A stretch of 58,387 nucleotides of DNA, counting the filler, from Sphacelaria rigidula (taxonomy: Eukaryota), in NCBI GenBank assembly GCA_964200075.2. It is 2 parts of 2 records of this genome, joined end to end, with 100 filler letters (N's around TTAATTAATTAA, not from the genome) between each part and the next. Parts side by side here need not be neighbours in the genome. Positions count along the whole stretch, not along the records: positions 1 to 29,146 come from CAXNAA020000087.1; positions 29,247 to 58,387 come from CAXNAA020000088.1. The stretch is one strand, 5' to 3'. Both the position numbers and the translations under genes were made by a program. The notes under the pieces are model-generated. The model was not told the DNA's origin and did no database searches. It saw only the letters and a list, made by a program, of their open reading frames with translations. Numbering within the stretch: position 1 is the first letter of the stretch; each line of letters starts with the position of its first letter. Below are positions 24,378-37,363 of this stretch, one piece after another.

Positions 24378-25382
24378 AAAGGGGATTTCGAAAAAGGGGA
24401 GTCCCCTTCAATAAGAAGGAGCCTCATCTGTCACTACTCGTCGCGTGACCGATTTCCTTCCGTCCGCGTGTCTTTTAACCGCCAGCCTGAAAATTAAGAA
24501 GTGATTTGTATTGATTGTTTCAAATCTGAAAGTTGCTCGCTTACTTCTTCCCCTTTACTATATGTTTAGTCCACGCCGACGAATTACGACGGGAAAAGAG
24601 CTGCCGTGCTTGTGTGTTGTACCAAGTGGCAAAGAGAACCCAGGTACAGAGCGTGGCGTGTACCGCAGTAGCAATATCATGGCGACTGCATCATGCTCTT
24701 CCGTTTGTTAACCCCTTGACGGCGCCGGTAGATCTGTTGCGGATCGCGGCGTGACATGGTGGATAAAAACCGTACGATGATGGGCCGTCGGTTTCAAAAC
24801 GACACTACGCCCGGAGGGCTGATTGCGGGAACTGGCTAGTACCGTGATCAGGGGTGAAGGCGGTGAAATCCGACAAAAGACGGAATACACAAACATGCCT
24901 CTTTACATCTGGTTGGATCTGTTTATTTACAAGGATCGAGGCTCACTTCTTGGAAGTGCCAAGTTAAACCCCACCAAGTGGAAAAAGAGAACTCGAATCG
25001 GCCTGAAGCTGTGATCGAGATATCGTGACGCTCGTCGTGTATTGTTCTGCGTTGGACTTTCCCACGTGCTGTGAGCTTGCTCTTGTTTCAGGCATAACGA
25101 TGAGACTGTAACGAGGTGGATTCAGGCAATGAGCAGATGCAGGAGGATCGATATGATTGTAAAACGAGTTTTGTCGACATGATAGTAAAAATGAATCGGT
25201 GCACACTCAGAATGGTGAAATGTGGAATTATATAGTAAGGGTAAGTCATATTCGCAGGAGCTAGAGAAACTTCGTAACTTGCATGACCAAAATTCTGTTG
25301 TTGCTTCGCTCTAGTACTCGGCTTACTAAACAGGGCTCGCACTACGATAACACAACTGGCCAACACTATTCTGTTTGTATCA

Positions 25383-25566
25383 GGTCACCTGCTGAATCGG
25401 CATCAATTTGACTTGAAAATATGTGTGATCCAGACGGACTACCCGCATCACGGTCGAAGGGTTAACCCTTTGACTTCGAGGGTGGGTCACCGGCAGAATC
25501 GGCATCAATGTTCATTTTAAAAAGTATGGGTGATCCAAATGGACTACCCGCACCGGGGTCCAAGGG
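25383..25566 (-). mobile_element. Two tandem piggyBac-like MITE copies sharing a TTAA
   Basis: ...GAAGGG-TTAA-CCCTTTGAC...CCAAGGG-TTAA; both carry GAATCGGCATCAAT...TGATCCA.A.GGACTACCCGCA. Confidence 0.75.
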
Positions 25567-26770
25567 TTAATCGAGTTGCGTCCATGGGTGTTCATTTCTA
25601 CTTGGCATCGCGCGTCGAGTTGCAAAGCCGGGTGCCACCCCCTGAAGTCTTTACCCTTTGTTACCCCCCGCCCCCCAACAGAGACGCGCAGAAGAGAGTC
25701 ATGCGGGTGGGTGTTTTACCGTGTGGCGATGAGAAGGTGGTGCCTTGTTGTGCTGCAGTTTTGTTTGTCATACAGATAGTAGAGGTACTGTCCACGCTCT
25801 CGTCATTCGGTGCTGTGGCCGTACTACGGTACCATTGATCATCCAATGCTGCAAGGGAGCTTTACCGTACCGCTGGTTATCCGATCCCGGAAAAGGAACT
25901 CATACACTGTACATAATGTACTCTATAGTGCCATTATTGTGCAGAACATTTGATGAAATCGTCTGCCGTTCACGGTGGTGTCGAGACTGCGGGGTATACC
26001 GCTGATCAAGTGAAGGAGCTAATGCACTGTACATAACTCTACTCTATATTGCTGCTCTTATACAATAAATTTGATAATACTGTCTACCGGTCACGTGGGA
26101 TAACGCTCGAGCTCTTCTCTGTCAGTAAAACACTGGATTACTGTGCACGGGTGCGATGTGTCGGATCGGTAGTATACAGAATACTGGGTTTTCAAATTCA
26201 ATGGGTACCGGTTCAACTTGACCGCTTATCACGTAATATCTTTTGACCTGCGTTTACTGGTTGATGGGGAAGGGTGACTGTTTTCTCCCCTTCAGTCCGT
26301 GCGTTTGATGTCAATTACTGTTCCGAGAAGGATCACACGCTTACCTGATTCCAGTATCAAGCGGCGGATCATTTACTCTAATAATGCATTGGATTGAATT
26401 GGATGCGGATCACGGCCCGACTCATCTGTGTCGATGAGATATTGCTTTGAGAGCTTGAATACGTCTCTGGGCTGGCCCAGCTCGTCGTCTCTCCTGTTAC
26501 TCCTCCTTCTTTCGGTATGCTTATTTAGCAGATATCTTGAGTTTCTTTTTCAACCACGATGAACTCGGGGGGGGCTTGGAAAAAATTATGAGAACTTCAT
26601 GTCTTGTACGGAATAGCAGGGACGATATCGGAAAGACGAGCCTACCCCTGTGACCACGAGTTGGAGATATCAGGCTCACGTGCGAAATAATAATAAATAT
26701 TGTAAGTGTCTGACGATTGGGCAGACGGCTTCGTGTCCGACTGTTGTTGACACCTGCACCTCGTTTGTTG

Positions 26771-26833
26771 AGCACAACAAATTGACACCAAGGCACAACA
26801 AATTGACACCAAGGCACAACAAAGTGACAACAA
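26771..26833 (+). repeat. 20-bp tandem repeat x3 (GCACAACAAATTGACACCAA-like)
   Basis: Direct reading. Confidence 0.8.
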
Positions 26834-27585
26834 GGCCGTGTCTTCTCGAGACAAGAAAAAAAAGCGAGAAACCAGTGTTGAAAATCGAACGAAATGAAAA
26901 GTTAGACACGATATTTTCAAATATCGACGGAACAACGTCCATACAATGTTACGCTGGGGATTTCTTTTTTTTTTTCAACAGTATCTTAACCGCCTCCGCG
27001 AATAACGGTGAAAATATCCCGATTAAGCAAGCACGGTCCGCACTTGCCGTGCATTCAAGAGCGGCCCAGACAGCATCGCCCAGGAGGGAGGAGACGCATG
27101 AACAATAAAGGTGCGTTCATGTATAGCCAGACAGTTCCTCTCGCAATTTCAATGACAACAGTGCTGTATGCAACGAGTTAGAGCAGAATCCGTGCAGCTC
27201 AGGGTGAACGTTACCCCCCTCGCTGAAACCCGACCTCCGGGGTCATGGGAGGACATGGCGCTCGACCTACACGAACAGGAGAGATGGAGAGGAACGTTTC
27301 ACGATATGGACAACGTAAACTTTCTACTGCAAAAGGTTTTACTGAAATCCATCGGTGTCGTAAAGTTGACGACTATACTGACGTTGAAAAAAGTTTAAAT
27401 TTGCTCCGCACCAGCACATGGGTGCAGTAGAGAGCCCCCTTCCTGCTCTACAAGCTGTTCACCCCAGTACAGTACAAGCGCGTGCAGCGCAACACCATGC
27501 ACCCTAGTGTAGCACAGAACCGCATCACGTCGTTGAGTGAAGTGTAGTGCAGCACAGAGTGTTGTATAGCCTGCGAAGTGCAATG

Positions 27586-27955
27586 TTCGGGTGTAACCAG
27601 CGCCGAGTGCGGGAAGAAACAGTATGTACGGTACCGCTGTAGTCGTGTGAGGGTCTTGTCGAAGCCATCCGCATTCACAATGACCGACATGCGGCCGTGG
27701 GTCATGTGTAATTCTGCGGGTTAGGTACTCCATGAAGGAAGGCATGCATCCCACCCGGTGCCTTTATATTGCGCATGTTTTGTACAGCCCATGAATGCAA
27801 TATTCGGGTATGACCAGCGCCGAGTGCGGGAAGAAACAGTACGTAGAGTAAGCACTACATGACGGTCTTGTCGAAGCCATTCGCATTCACGATGACCGAC
27901 ATGCGGCCGTAGGTCACGTGTAATTCTGCGGGTTAGGTACTCCATGAAGGAAAGG
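27586..27955 (+). repeat. Direct tandem duplication, ~215-bp period
   Basis: CCAGCGCCGAGTGCGGGAAGAAACAGTA...GTAATTCTGCGGGTTAGGTACTCCATGAAGGAA occurs twice. Confidence 0.85.
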
Positions 27956-28551
27956 ATTGATCACACCTGGCGCCTTTTTATTGCGCATCGATGGCATATT
28001 GGGGACCTACACTTGGGTTCGGACGACCCCCTACGTGGAGCGAGATTATCCGACTCATGAACGACACAGATTTCGAGTAGTGAACTTGGACAGTACATCA
28101 GTACGACGATCACATGCAGGATCGTGAAGATAGATAGATGGCGCGGCAACCAAAACTCCGTTATCGTTAGGCAGTACAGCATGATAACCGCACGATTGAA
28201 GACATCAGTAATAAAAATAATTGACGTACGATCCTACACGCATCCACTCCCCCGCACATTCGCTGACCGTAAATGTGGAAGAACCCCAATACTCACAGTT
28301 GGGGTGCAACGTCTGGAGCGCTTTTGAGATGCTGGCCGGGGCAGACCGAACGTGAGACCCGGCACCGCAATCCGCCTCAAGGTAAGAGCACCACAATACC
28401 TCTCGTGCACTATTACCGTGCGAAACAAAAGTGCTGAAGATCCAGCTCATCTGACTGCATTCCTCTTGTTCCCCGCTGATGACTGATGTTTGAACTAAAT
28501 TGAGGATGTTTACGTTCCGGGATATCGTGATTTCACACGAACCCGTGTCTT

Positions 28552-29056
28552 TTACAATCTAAAAAACAAAGAAGACTGCACGACTGAATCCCGTCTTGAG
28601 TTGTATGGGGATACGGACACTGGCAAATCCTCGGGAGATTGTATTGCCAGCAGCTGATCTTCCCTTACGCCATTTCCGTGCTGCAACGCCACCTGCTGTT
28701 GTTCATGCCACGCTCCCCATACGCTGTTAGTCCCCGGCTTGTTCGTCGCGACTCTCTTCCGCCTCGATGCACGTATGCCAGTATGTGGTGGTGTGCCTCT
28801 GCCGGAGTTGGGCGGTGTACGTCTCTTCTTGGCCTTGGCTGATGGAGTTGAATTTTGTACCTTCGGGACTCTGCCACAGGCAGCTCTGCCGATGTTGCGG
28901 GGGGTGTTACCCACTTCCTTGAGAGGTACTGTCGGCGGATTCCGTGGTAACACCTCCCGTACATTGTTCTCTGACGCCGAGGTGATGGAGATTTCACAAG
29001 TTGCGCCTTCCCCAGCCGATCGAAATTTGAAGTTACGACCTTCTGCACTCGGATGG
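28552..29056 (-). CDS. Possible terminal exon of a gene truncated by the scaffold gap
   Basis: ~170 open codons with K/R-rich NLS-like stretches (KAKKRR, RRKR); no domain; runs into the gap-adjacent hairpin. Confidence 0.3.
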
Positions 29057-29146
29057 CCATTGCGCTTGACAGCATTTATGCTTGACAGCATTTACCATCC
29101 GAGTGCAGAAGGTCGTAACTTCAAATTTCGATCGGCTGGGGAAGGC

Positions 29147-29246
29147 NNNNNNNNNNNNNNNNNNNNNNNNNNNNNNNNNNNNNNNNNNNNTTAATTAATT
29201 AANNNNNNNNNNNNNNNNNNNNNNNNNNNNNNNNNNNNNNNNNNNN
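29147..29246. other. Artificial scaffold spacer N44-TTAATTAATTAA-N44
   Basis: Exactly 100 bp with a six-frame-stop linker between N runs. Confidence 0.95.
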
Positions 29247-29524
29247 ATTTCTGCCCAAATCGGGACACACCCGCATCTCCCCCGATAAAATCGGGGGAGA
29301 TACGGGGGAGATGCGGGAGTGTCCCGATTTCAGCAGACCGGTGATGTATCGAAAGCCAACGCCCAGAAAATCGCAAAATTGATCTGGTTTGCTCACAACT
29401 AACCGAAAACATTGCCCAACGTACTAGGGTCCGAAAAATCAATCCACGGGAGAGAATCGCCTGTAGACGGGCTGAAATCCTCATATTTGTACAAATCGAG
29501 ATTCGTTGCCATAAAAGTGGGTCT
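29247..29524. mobile_element. Partial copy of the palindromic Harbinger-like MITE (right half, abuts gap)
   Basis: Matches ~19310-19582 and ends GTGGGTC-TTA. Confidence 0.75.
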
Positions 29525-32047
29525 TAGCTGACGATCTATAAGATAAATATGCGCATCACGGCCCAATTCGTTTGTTGTGTTTGGCGATGAGATATGGCCG
29601 TGAGAGCCCGAATCCGTTTATAGACTGGCCCAAGTCGCAGAGGACTCTCAACAACTTGAACGTCCGAAAATATTCGTGTACCCCGACCGCATAGCACCAC
29701 TCTATCTAGAGGTACCACCGTGTAGATTGAGAGTTGAGAAACACAACAACAAAAAACGCGTACATTTTCGGACAGGCACCCGAGAGCACTCAGAATCGCG
29801 TTTCAAAGCGCATCATTTTGAGCTACTTCGCTTTCTCTCATGTCGAGAACGAGGACGGCCCGTAGAAACGCTATTATATTATTAATATTAATCCGTATCA
29901 CAAGCACTATTTTTGTGGTTTTGTCATCACGAGCTTCATCCAAGCAAGTGGACTGTCTATGTAGCACTCATCGACGACCTGACGAACACTAGGAAAATTT
30001 CTCTGGCCAAGATCACCTTTCCTGGCACGGCTTAATCTGCAGTTGTCAGATGTTCGGCTCCGACTGCTTCACGAGTTGTACCCACACGCACACTTCTGTC
30101 CTTCCTCAACAGTCGCACGCCGACCGAAGTGTCGCCGACGGACGTGATATGTGACATTTGGTGTGATGGGAAACGAATCTGTAATGTTTTGAATATTGAG
30201 CGTCCTAAAACAATATGGGCAGTCCTCACAGTGTTGATGCTCATAAATATTTTCAGTTGTTTCGGTTGATGCAGGGAGGGGGGCTATAGAACGTCTCTTC
30301 CAAGAGCCATGACCCCCCCCAAACCCCCCACTCCCCCACCCGTTTTCCCCATGCAAAATCCGGATTTTTTGCAGTTTATATAATCTCCGGCAGCTACTCT
30401 TTACAGCTTTTTGAACCCGAATTAGGATATCTCGCAGTCAAGGTGGCGACCACGAATAATATTTTCAGGATATAGACTGGGAGTTTCTACAGTAATTTCA
30501 AGTCAAGGACTGTTATTTTTTTAGTATATGGGGCAGCGTCTGGGCGTTTGTTTTTGCTTTCTGGACAAAAAATAATACAAATACGAACATATGGATAAAA
30601 CACAGTATCTTGCGATGATACCCATCACCGCTCGCACCTCCCACGTCCATCCGACCTTACCGTTTTGAACGTTGGGGGGTATGGCTACTGGAAAACATCG
30701 CTATGAGCGGTCCTACACTCATTTTTGTAGCGACGGTGATGCCCAGTCAACAGAAGATGATCCACCCTGGCGACCCTTGAATGCCCGGGCCCCTGGATGG
30801 ACGATGAAATAACGGCCATCCTTCTTCCAGACTCGACGCTGAGCACATATCAGCGCTGTCTACTGGTGTAAAGATTGGCAATTCCATGCGACAAGTCACA
30901 CATGACAACGAATGAGGAAAAATCGATTTATTTCGTCTGTAGCACCCACCCTTCCCGCGCGAGATCCTCATCCCAAGAAGTCAACCCACCACTACTGAAA
31001 TTTTGACAACACTACATCACAGTAATAGCACACCCAGACATATCTTTCACACACTACAACTGAAATTCCCGCGTGCATCCGCCAAGACCCGCAACAGCTT
31101 CAAAATTGGTAGTTTAGGTTCTAGCATCCATGAAATTTACACCATCACCACAGCAGAAGCACTGCGGGCCGCATCTTCCCTGCTCTACAAGACGAGAGTA
31201 CGGACGCAATCATCTCCGTCTTCAGTGTTCTCGGAAGTATGCTCGACACGATACAGCGATATCCTTCTCACATACACACCCGCAAAAATAGAATCAGTAC
31301 GCAAGGCAACGTTCCAAGACAAATCCACTAATGCACCATATACAACAGGACGGCGGTATTCAATCGTGCTGTATACGATAAAGTATATATTTAGACGCGC
31401 TGCAACTGGATCTACGCACCACGCCACAAGTACACCGAACACATGACACACTTTGACGTCATCACTCATCACTCAGAACAATTTGTAAAAAAGGAATACA
31501 AACAACACACCTATGTACGCGTCTACACGATACGCACAGTCCCCTGTAAACAAGACGCTCGGATTCAGACATTATATGCCATTATATGCCTCCCCCCAAA
31601 AAACGAAGAAACAAGAAAAAACACAGCAAATTTTCAACGACCCAAGACAAACACGCACGAATCATCATAAACATGACAAGCGATGGAGGAAATCCTCTCC
31701 CCTTTGGAGGGGGGTTCCTTGCCTTTCGAATCGCGTCAAAGCCCAACCAGCGACTGTGCGCCATTACTGTACATCGTGCCAGCTGCCCCACGACCGTCTC
31801 TCCGGCGAAGGGTCAACACACGGCAAAGAAAAGCAAGCAGCATAACATCTGCTCGACAAGAGGCACGCGAACCAACGGATGCGAAACTGTCAGTGTGGTG
31901 TAACGGCAGAAGCCGAACAAGAAAAACACACGACGAAGTTCGTCAAAAACGCCAAAGACAAAAATATTCAAGTTCCACAGCGCAACGCCCCAAGTACACA
32001 TCGGCAATTGCGCATTTCTTCACCACGGCAGGAGATCGGGAACAAGT

Positions 32048-33152
32048 CTAGCTCCATCCGCCCCCGTGCCCCCCCCCTCCCCCACCACCGCTGCTACCGC
32101 CTCCCCACTGCTGACGCCTAACAATATCCCCCCGACTTCCCATATTCACGTTGTCCCCCGCCATAGGCACCCCCCGCTCATCCACTCTCCACTGGGCGTG
32201 CTGCTGAGCTGTCATGGGAGCTTGCGGTCCAACGTGTCCGCCGTGGGGCGGTCCGTAGCGCATCCCAGGATAGGTCGGGACCGGCCCACGCCTCGGCGAA
32301 TCAGCGGCGGCAGCGGCAGCAGCGGCAGCAGCTGCGGCGGCGGCCGCCGCAGAGGAAGCTGTGGTTGACCGCCCGACACCCGCGTTCCCGGCCGGAGCCC
32401 AGCCTCTCCTGATCATAGATTGAGGACCGCCGACGGCGTATCCGCCGACAGTGTCCCGCCTCGATCCTACGCCTGCCGTCGTTTGCTGGGGTATCATACC
32501 ACTGCCTCCCCCGCTCCCACCACCACCACCACCAGCGCTGCCGGCCGCCGTCGCGGCCGACCCGCCCGGTCCACTGCCGGCGGATCCGCCCATTCCGAGA
32601 TGTGGAAACGAAACTGGTACTGAGTCATGCTGCGGGCTGCGGTGTGAGCCAGGAGGGCTGCGGTGTGACACGGGGTGGCCGCCGCCGGCGCTGGATACCC
32701 ACCTGCCCCCGCCTCCTCCGTGATGCATGCTGCTGCCGGAGCGGGTGTGTGCGTGGACGTCTGCGTGGGCGCCAGCGCGTGAGTGACTTCCTGCCGCCGG
32801 GTATGCGGCGGCGGAGCGGGAGTGCTGGGTGCTCATCGGCAGCGATGATGACATTGGTCGGGGCGGGTGTCCGCCTCCACTAGTTTCGGCAGCGGCGGCA
32901 GAGCCCCCGCCGTCGCCACCACGTTGGCCTCCGTTTTGTGCCCCGTATCGGGAGCCTCCAGCAACTTCGACGGCAAGCTGCGGAGGAAGGGGCACTTGCA
33001 GCGCAGCGGCGGCGGCCGACGGTGAACCAGCGGGGACGGAGTCGGGGTGGGCGCCGTGCGGCGGCAGGGGAGCGGTTTCGGGCGAGTGGGCAAGGTGATG
33101 GGCGTGCTGCGGGTGCTGGCGGGCACCATGGTGAACATACTGCTGCTGCTGT

Positions 33153-33183
<31 letters not shown>

Positions 33184-33353
33184 CCTGTCGCAACATGGTC
33201 GCGGGATCGTGGTAGACGTTGGAGTGTGCGTGGTGATGGGAGCCTGTGGTGCTTGGCGAGGGGGAGGATCGCGGTCGCAGACCTGTGGACTGCCGGTGGA
33301 GGTTGGACGGGTAGAGCGGAATCATGGGTGGCTCCTCGATTCGATCAAACATC
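32048..33353 (-). CDS. ELM2-SANT gene terminal exon (polyQ, polyA, polyG)
   Basis: ttacag acceptor, 435 open codons to TAG. Confidence 0.82.
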
Positions 33354-36300
33354 CTGTAACACCGTTTTGTTTCAGCATAAGAGCGCGAGGGCACAATTGA
33401 GCAGAGAAGGTGTGGTCGTTCGGTTAATAATAGTGCATACCGGAGAGACGCCAGGAGAAACACGCGATGGATCCAAAACGTTTCCTGAGATTACCGGCAC
33501 TACCACAGGCGTCTTTTCCCACATGTTGACGTTCCCGAACCGTGTTGGATAGGACTATGTGACAACTTGCCGGTGCATGCGACAAGCCTCGGAAGTGTCA
33601 TGTCCGTCTATGATAAACACGTTTCCTTCAAAGTCAGTGCGAGATGCTTTTCAAAGTCAGTGGGAGATGCTTTCCAAAGTCACGAGGTCAGTCGTGAACG
33701 AAGTGCCGTACGCAGACAAGATGATTCGTGCATACGCGCTGTGGGCACAAGGCCGCAACGCACAATTTTTTTTTCATCAAGTGGTTGGTTGATTGTCGCC
33801 CTTTAATTCACCCCCCAGGGATCCAGCCGCGGTCAAATGATAGACATACTCGACACAAAACAAAATCGAAGCGCTCGCTGAAGAAAAAAAAAGGAAACAG
33901 CGGAGGTAAAACCGAACAACATGGTAGACTACGACATAAAGAGGAAGGAAATAAATAAGAGGAAAATAAATAGCCGGGCTCTGCCTCATTGCTTCGGGGG
34001 AAAACTAAGTGCTGAGCAAGATACATATATAAACAGATGTATAGATACCAAAAACAAACCATGTCATGAGGGTGAAACATATAGTGAACAGTTCTGCGAC
34101 GACGGGAAGAGTCCACGGGGGAAGGGAAAAGTGATCTCGCGTACTCGTACCAATCGACAGGCATGAAGCAGGGATTGATGGACAAAAACACAACACCGCG
34201 AGAGAGATCGAGACTTACTTCACGAACGCATCGAAGATTTTCGCGTGCTCTTGGAGGCAACTCTGAGCTCGCTCCAGCAGTTGCTCTCTTGTCATGGGCT
34301 TTTTTACATGAGTGAGGATCAAGCCTCTCATATACACCAGTTGGTCCTGTGGTTGCGAAAAGCGACCGTAGACAGTGACACAGAATACATGTACCAGAGG
34401 AGAAGGCGTATCGAGAGAGAGTAGGGTGGGAGGAAAGATGTGTGAGGCCGAATTTGCGATATATATAAGGCGTTCAACAACAGCAAGGCGGGAGAAGAGC
34501 GACAAAAAAAACGGAGTGCGAGGTGCACGCTCTGGAAGAAAACAAAACGGCGCGTGCCGAGTGAGTAGTTTCCAAGTTGTCCTTCGATCCTTACCGAGTG
34601 ATTTCGACTTTGGGCTGCAAGACTAGACGCGCTTTTAGAATAAAAGGATCTAGGACTGCAGAACACCGCAGACGCGGCAAAAGTTGACTCGAGCAGGGAA
34701 TCGTGCGCACTGTGCCGGAGTAGCAACATTTTACACAAGAGCAGTACACTCAATCTCGCCCAGGAGTCCGACACGCCCATCGGGTGATAAAGGACCCAAA
34801 AAAACAAAACTCTATGCAATATTTAGGAAGGACACACGACCAGGCCGGTAGGTTCAGTACTGAAAGTACTGTTATGGTGCAAAGAATGGTCGCAAACTCA
34901 TCTCCAAGGGAGATGCTACTTCGGGAGGGGGTGGTATATACATACGGGTGTTCGACCTCATATCTACCGTAGTGCCGTACATAAATGAAAAACGTTCATG
35001 CAGACATCGCAGCGAATCGTTGTGCACTGACGAAGACGAGATATGCAATATACCAGCAGCAACAGCTACCACTGAGTACAGAACACCCTTCATTTTGTCT
35101 CCGTATTTACAAAGCTAGGGTGGGAAAACAGCTCATTAACTAGTACAGACGAAAAGGCATTAGTCAACGACAAGAGTGAGGGAAAAAAAAAAAACGGACC
35201 TTTTCCATGAATTCTTCCGCGCGCTCCAAGAGCCTCCAGCACGGCGCCATGTGTCCAAACTGCGTTTCGTTCGTTGGCGGCGCTGCCGCCCCGCTTCCAT
35301 GCCCGCCACTGCTCTCCCGGCTACCATACACAGCGCCCCCAACACCGGCGCCACCCCCGGTCGTCCCGCCACCACGCGGCACCCACTGCCCGCTCGCACC
35401 TTGGGGGGGGGGCGTCTCTCCCGCCCCGATGCCGACGCCGCCTGGGCCCCTGTACACGTCGCCATCGGTGAGAGACGGATCTCGGAAGTAGCCCCGGGGC
35501 TGCGGCGGCGGCGGCTGTGGCTGCTGCGGTGCGGCCTCGACCGGGGCTTCCCACCTACCCGGGGGCATCGAACGTTCATCCGGGGTAGCAACGCTGCCAC
35601 CGCCGCCACCACCACCGCCGTAGGCGCCCGCCGCCATGGCAGCCGTCGGTTCCCTGCGGTACCCGTTGTGTTGTTGTTGCTGCTGCGGCGGCTCGCGGTG
35701 GTTGGGGTGCTGGGTCGCGTGCGAAGGCGCGTGTGGGTGGTGGTGGGGGGAGGGATTCGCCGATTTCTTTTGCTGTTGTTGGGTAGGTCTGCCCTGTGAC
35801 GGTGAAGGTGCGGCGGGCTTTGTCATTGAGCCGCCGCCGCCGACGCTGCCCGTGGCACCGATGGGCTGTTGGCCGGGGTGATTAACATGATTACTACCAG
35901 CGTGGTGTGTGCTGGCGCTGTTCGTCGAGGACCGTGGGGGTATGGAGAGAATCCCTTCTGGCTGAGGACGGTGGGGATCTGTAACAGGGCGGCGCGTCGG
36001 AGACGGGGGCGAGAAATAGGATATTATGGATAGAATATACAGGAGAGTAGATGTATTTTTTTCCTTTTTCCCAACACTATCTCGATAATAACAAGCGAAA
36101 CAAACACACGAAAGCTTGCAAGTGGAACACAGCAGAAAAAGAAAACGCCCTCCACTGCGGGTGAGCCGGGCGCCGTCAACGAATTTGTCACACACCCATC
36201 GGGACAGAGGCTTGATCCGCCTGCCGGTGGGGCAGCTGTTGCCTTGCCGCCCACGCCCCTTCGCCAGCCCCAGCCGGCCCCCAGGGGAACGTACCAGCGT

Positions 36301-37327
36301 CACCTCCCTGACGAGGGCGAACCATGGGTTCCCTACTAGTGACCTTTGGTCCGCCGCCCCCGCTTTTACCGCTACCTTCGTCCGGGCTGTCGTCATCCAA
36401 CACCTAGCCCAGTTACGGACGGACATTGGGGAAAAGAAACGCAGGCACAAAATTAAAGGTGACGCCTGAAACAGGCAAAACGGGGGAGGGGGGGTCGAGA
36501 ACATTAATTCGCCGTCACAATTTTCTCCCCGTGGGCAGACGCGGCTGGCCGAAAAACGTATCTTCCGATGACTAAACACCTACGCACCCACGGACGCACA
36601 CGTACACACACCTCCAACACCTCGGCATTGGGGGGAGTAGCCCTCGGTGGAGCTGCGTCCCTTCCAGTTCGCCTTCGCTGCTGCTGCACCTGCGCCGCGT
36701 GTGCATTACTCCCCACACCTGCGTGGTACCCCCCAGCGGGGCCACCGATCCCGTCGTCCTCTCCCCGCACCCGCCACGACCCCCCGCCGGCATCACCCCT
36801 TATATACCTAGCGTCAGCGGCCGGCCCCGGAATCCAATTATCCCGTCCCGGAGGGGGGGTCCTGTCTAGGTAAGGGTCGCCCGGACCGGACCGGACAGGA
36901 AAAGGATACCCAGGTCTAGTCGGACCCGGGCCGGGTCCTACCCGGCCCACGGGGCCGCGCTGCTGCGGACCGCTGGCTTGTCCTCTTCCCGGCAGTTCGT
37001 TACCGCCACCGACCCCCCCTCCACTCTCCCCTGGACGCCCACCTGGCCCTACCGCACCACGCTGTTGTTGCTGAGATCGATCGGAACTCACACCGGCAGC
37101 GCGGCTGTCCCTTGACATCGGATCGAACTTTTCGCCGGATCGATCTTCATAATTGGGGTTACCGTTGCCCTTTTCGTCCACCTCTATTCCCGCCCCGATT
37201 CCGCGGCCGCCGGCTGCGTCCCCTGCAGGCCGCGCGGAGTTTGAACGGAACCGCTGGCCTTGCGACTGCTTGGAGTTTCCAGGCGTGCCCAAGTTCGTAC
37301 CCGAGTTGTTGGCGGCTACATCGCCAG

Positions 37328-37363
<36 letters not shown>

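Noticed and set aside
29005..29146. Perfect 52-bp inverted repeat with a duplicated 15-mer in the loop
   Set aside because: It ends exactly at the N gap and is 100% identical, which is typical of a fold-back read or contig-end artifact; raw reads would be needed to accept it
29191..29202. TTAATTAATTAA between N runs, resembling piggyBac target sites
   Set aside because: Synthetic six-frame-stop scaffolding linker, not biological; adjacency across it is unproven
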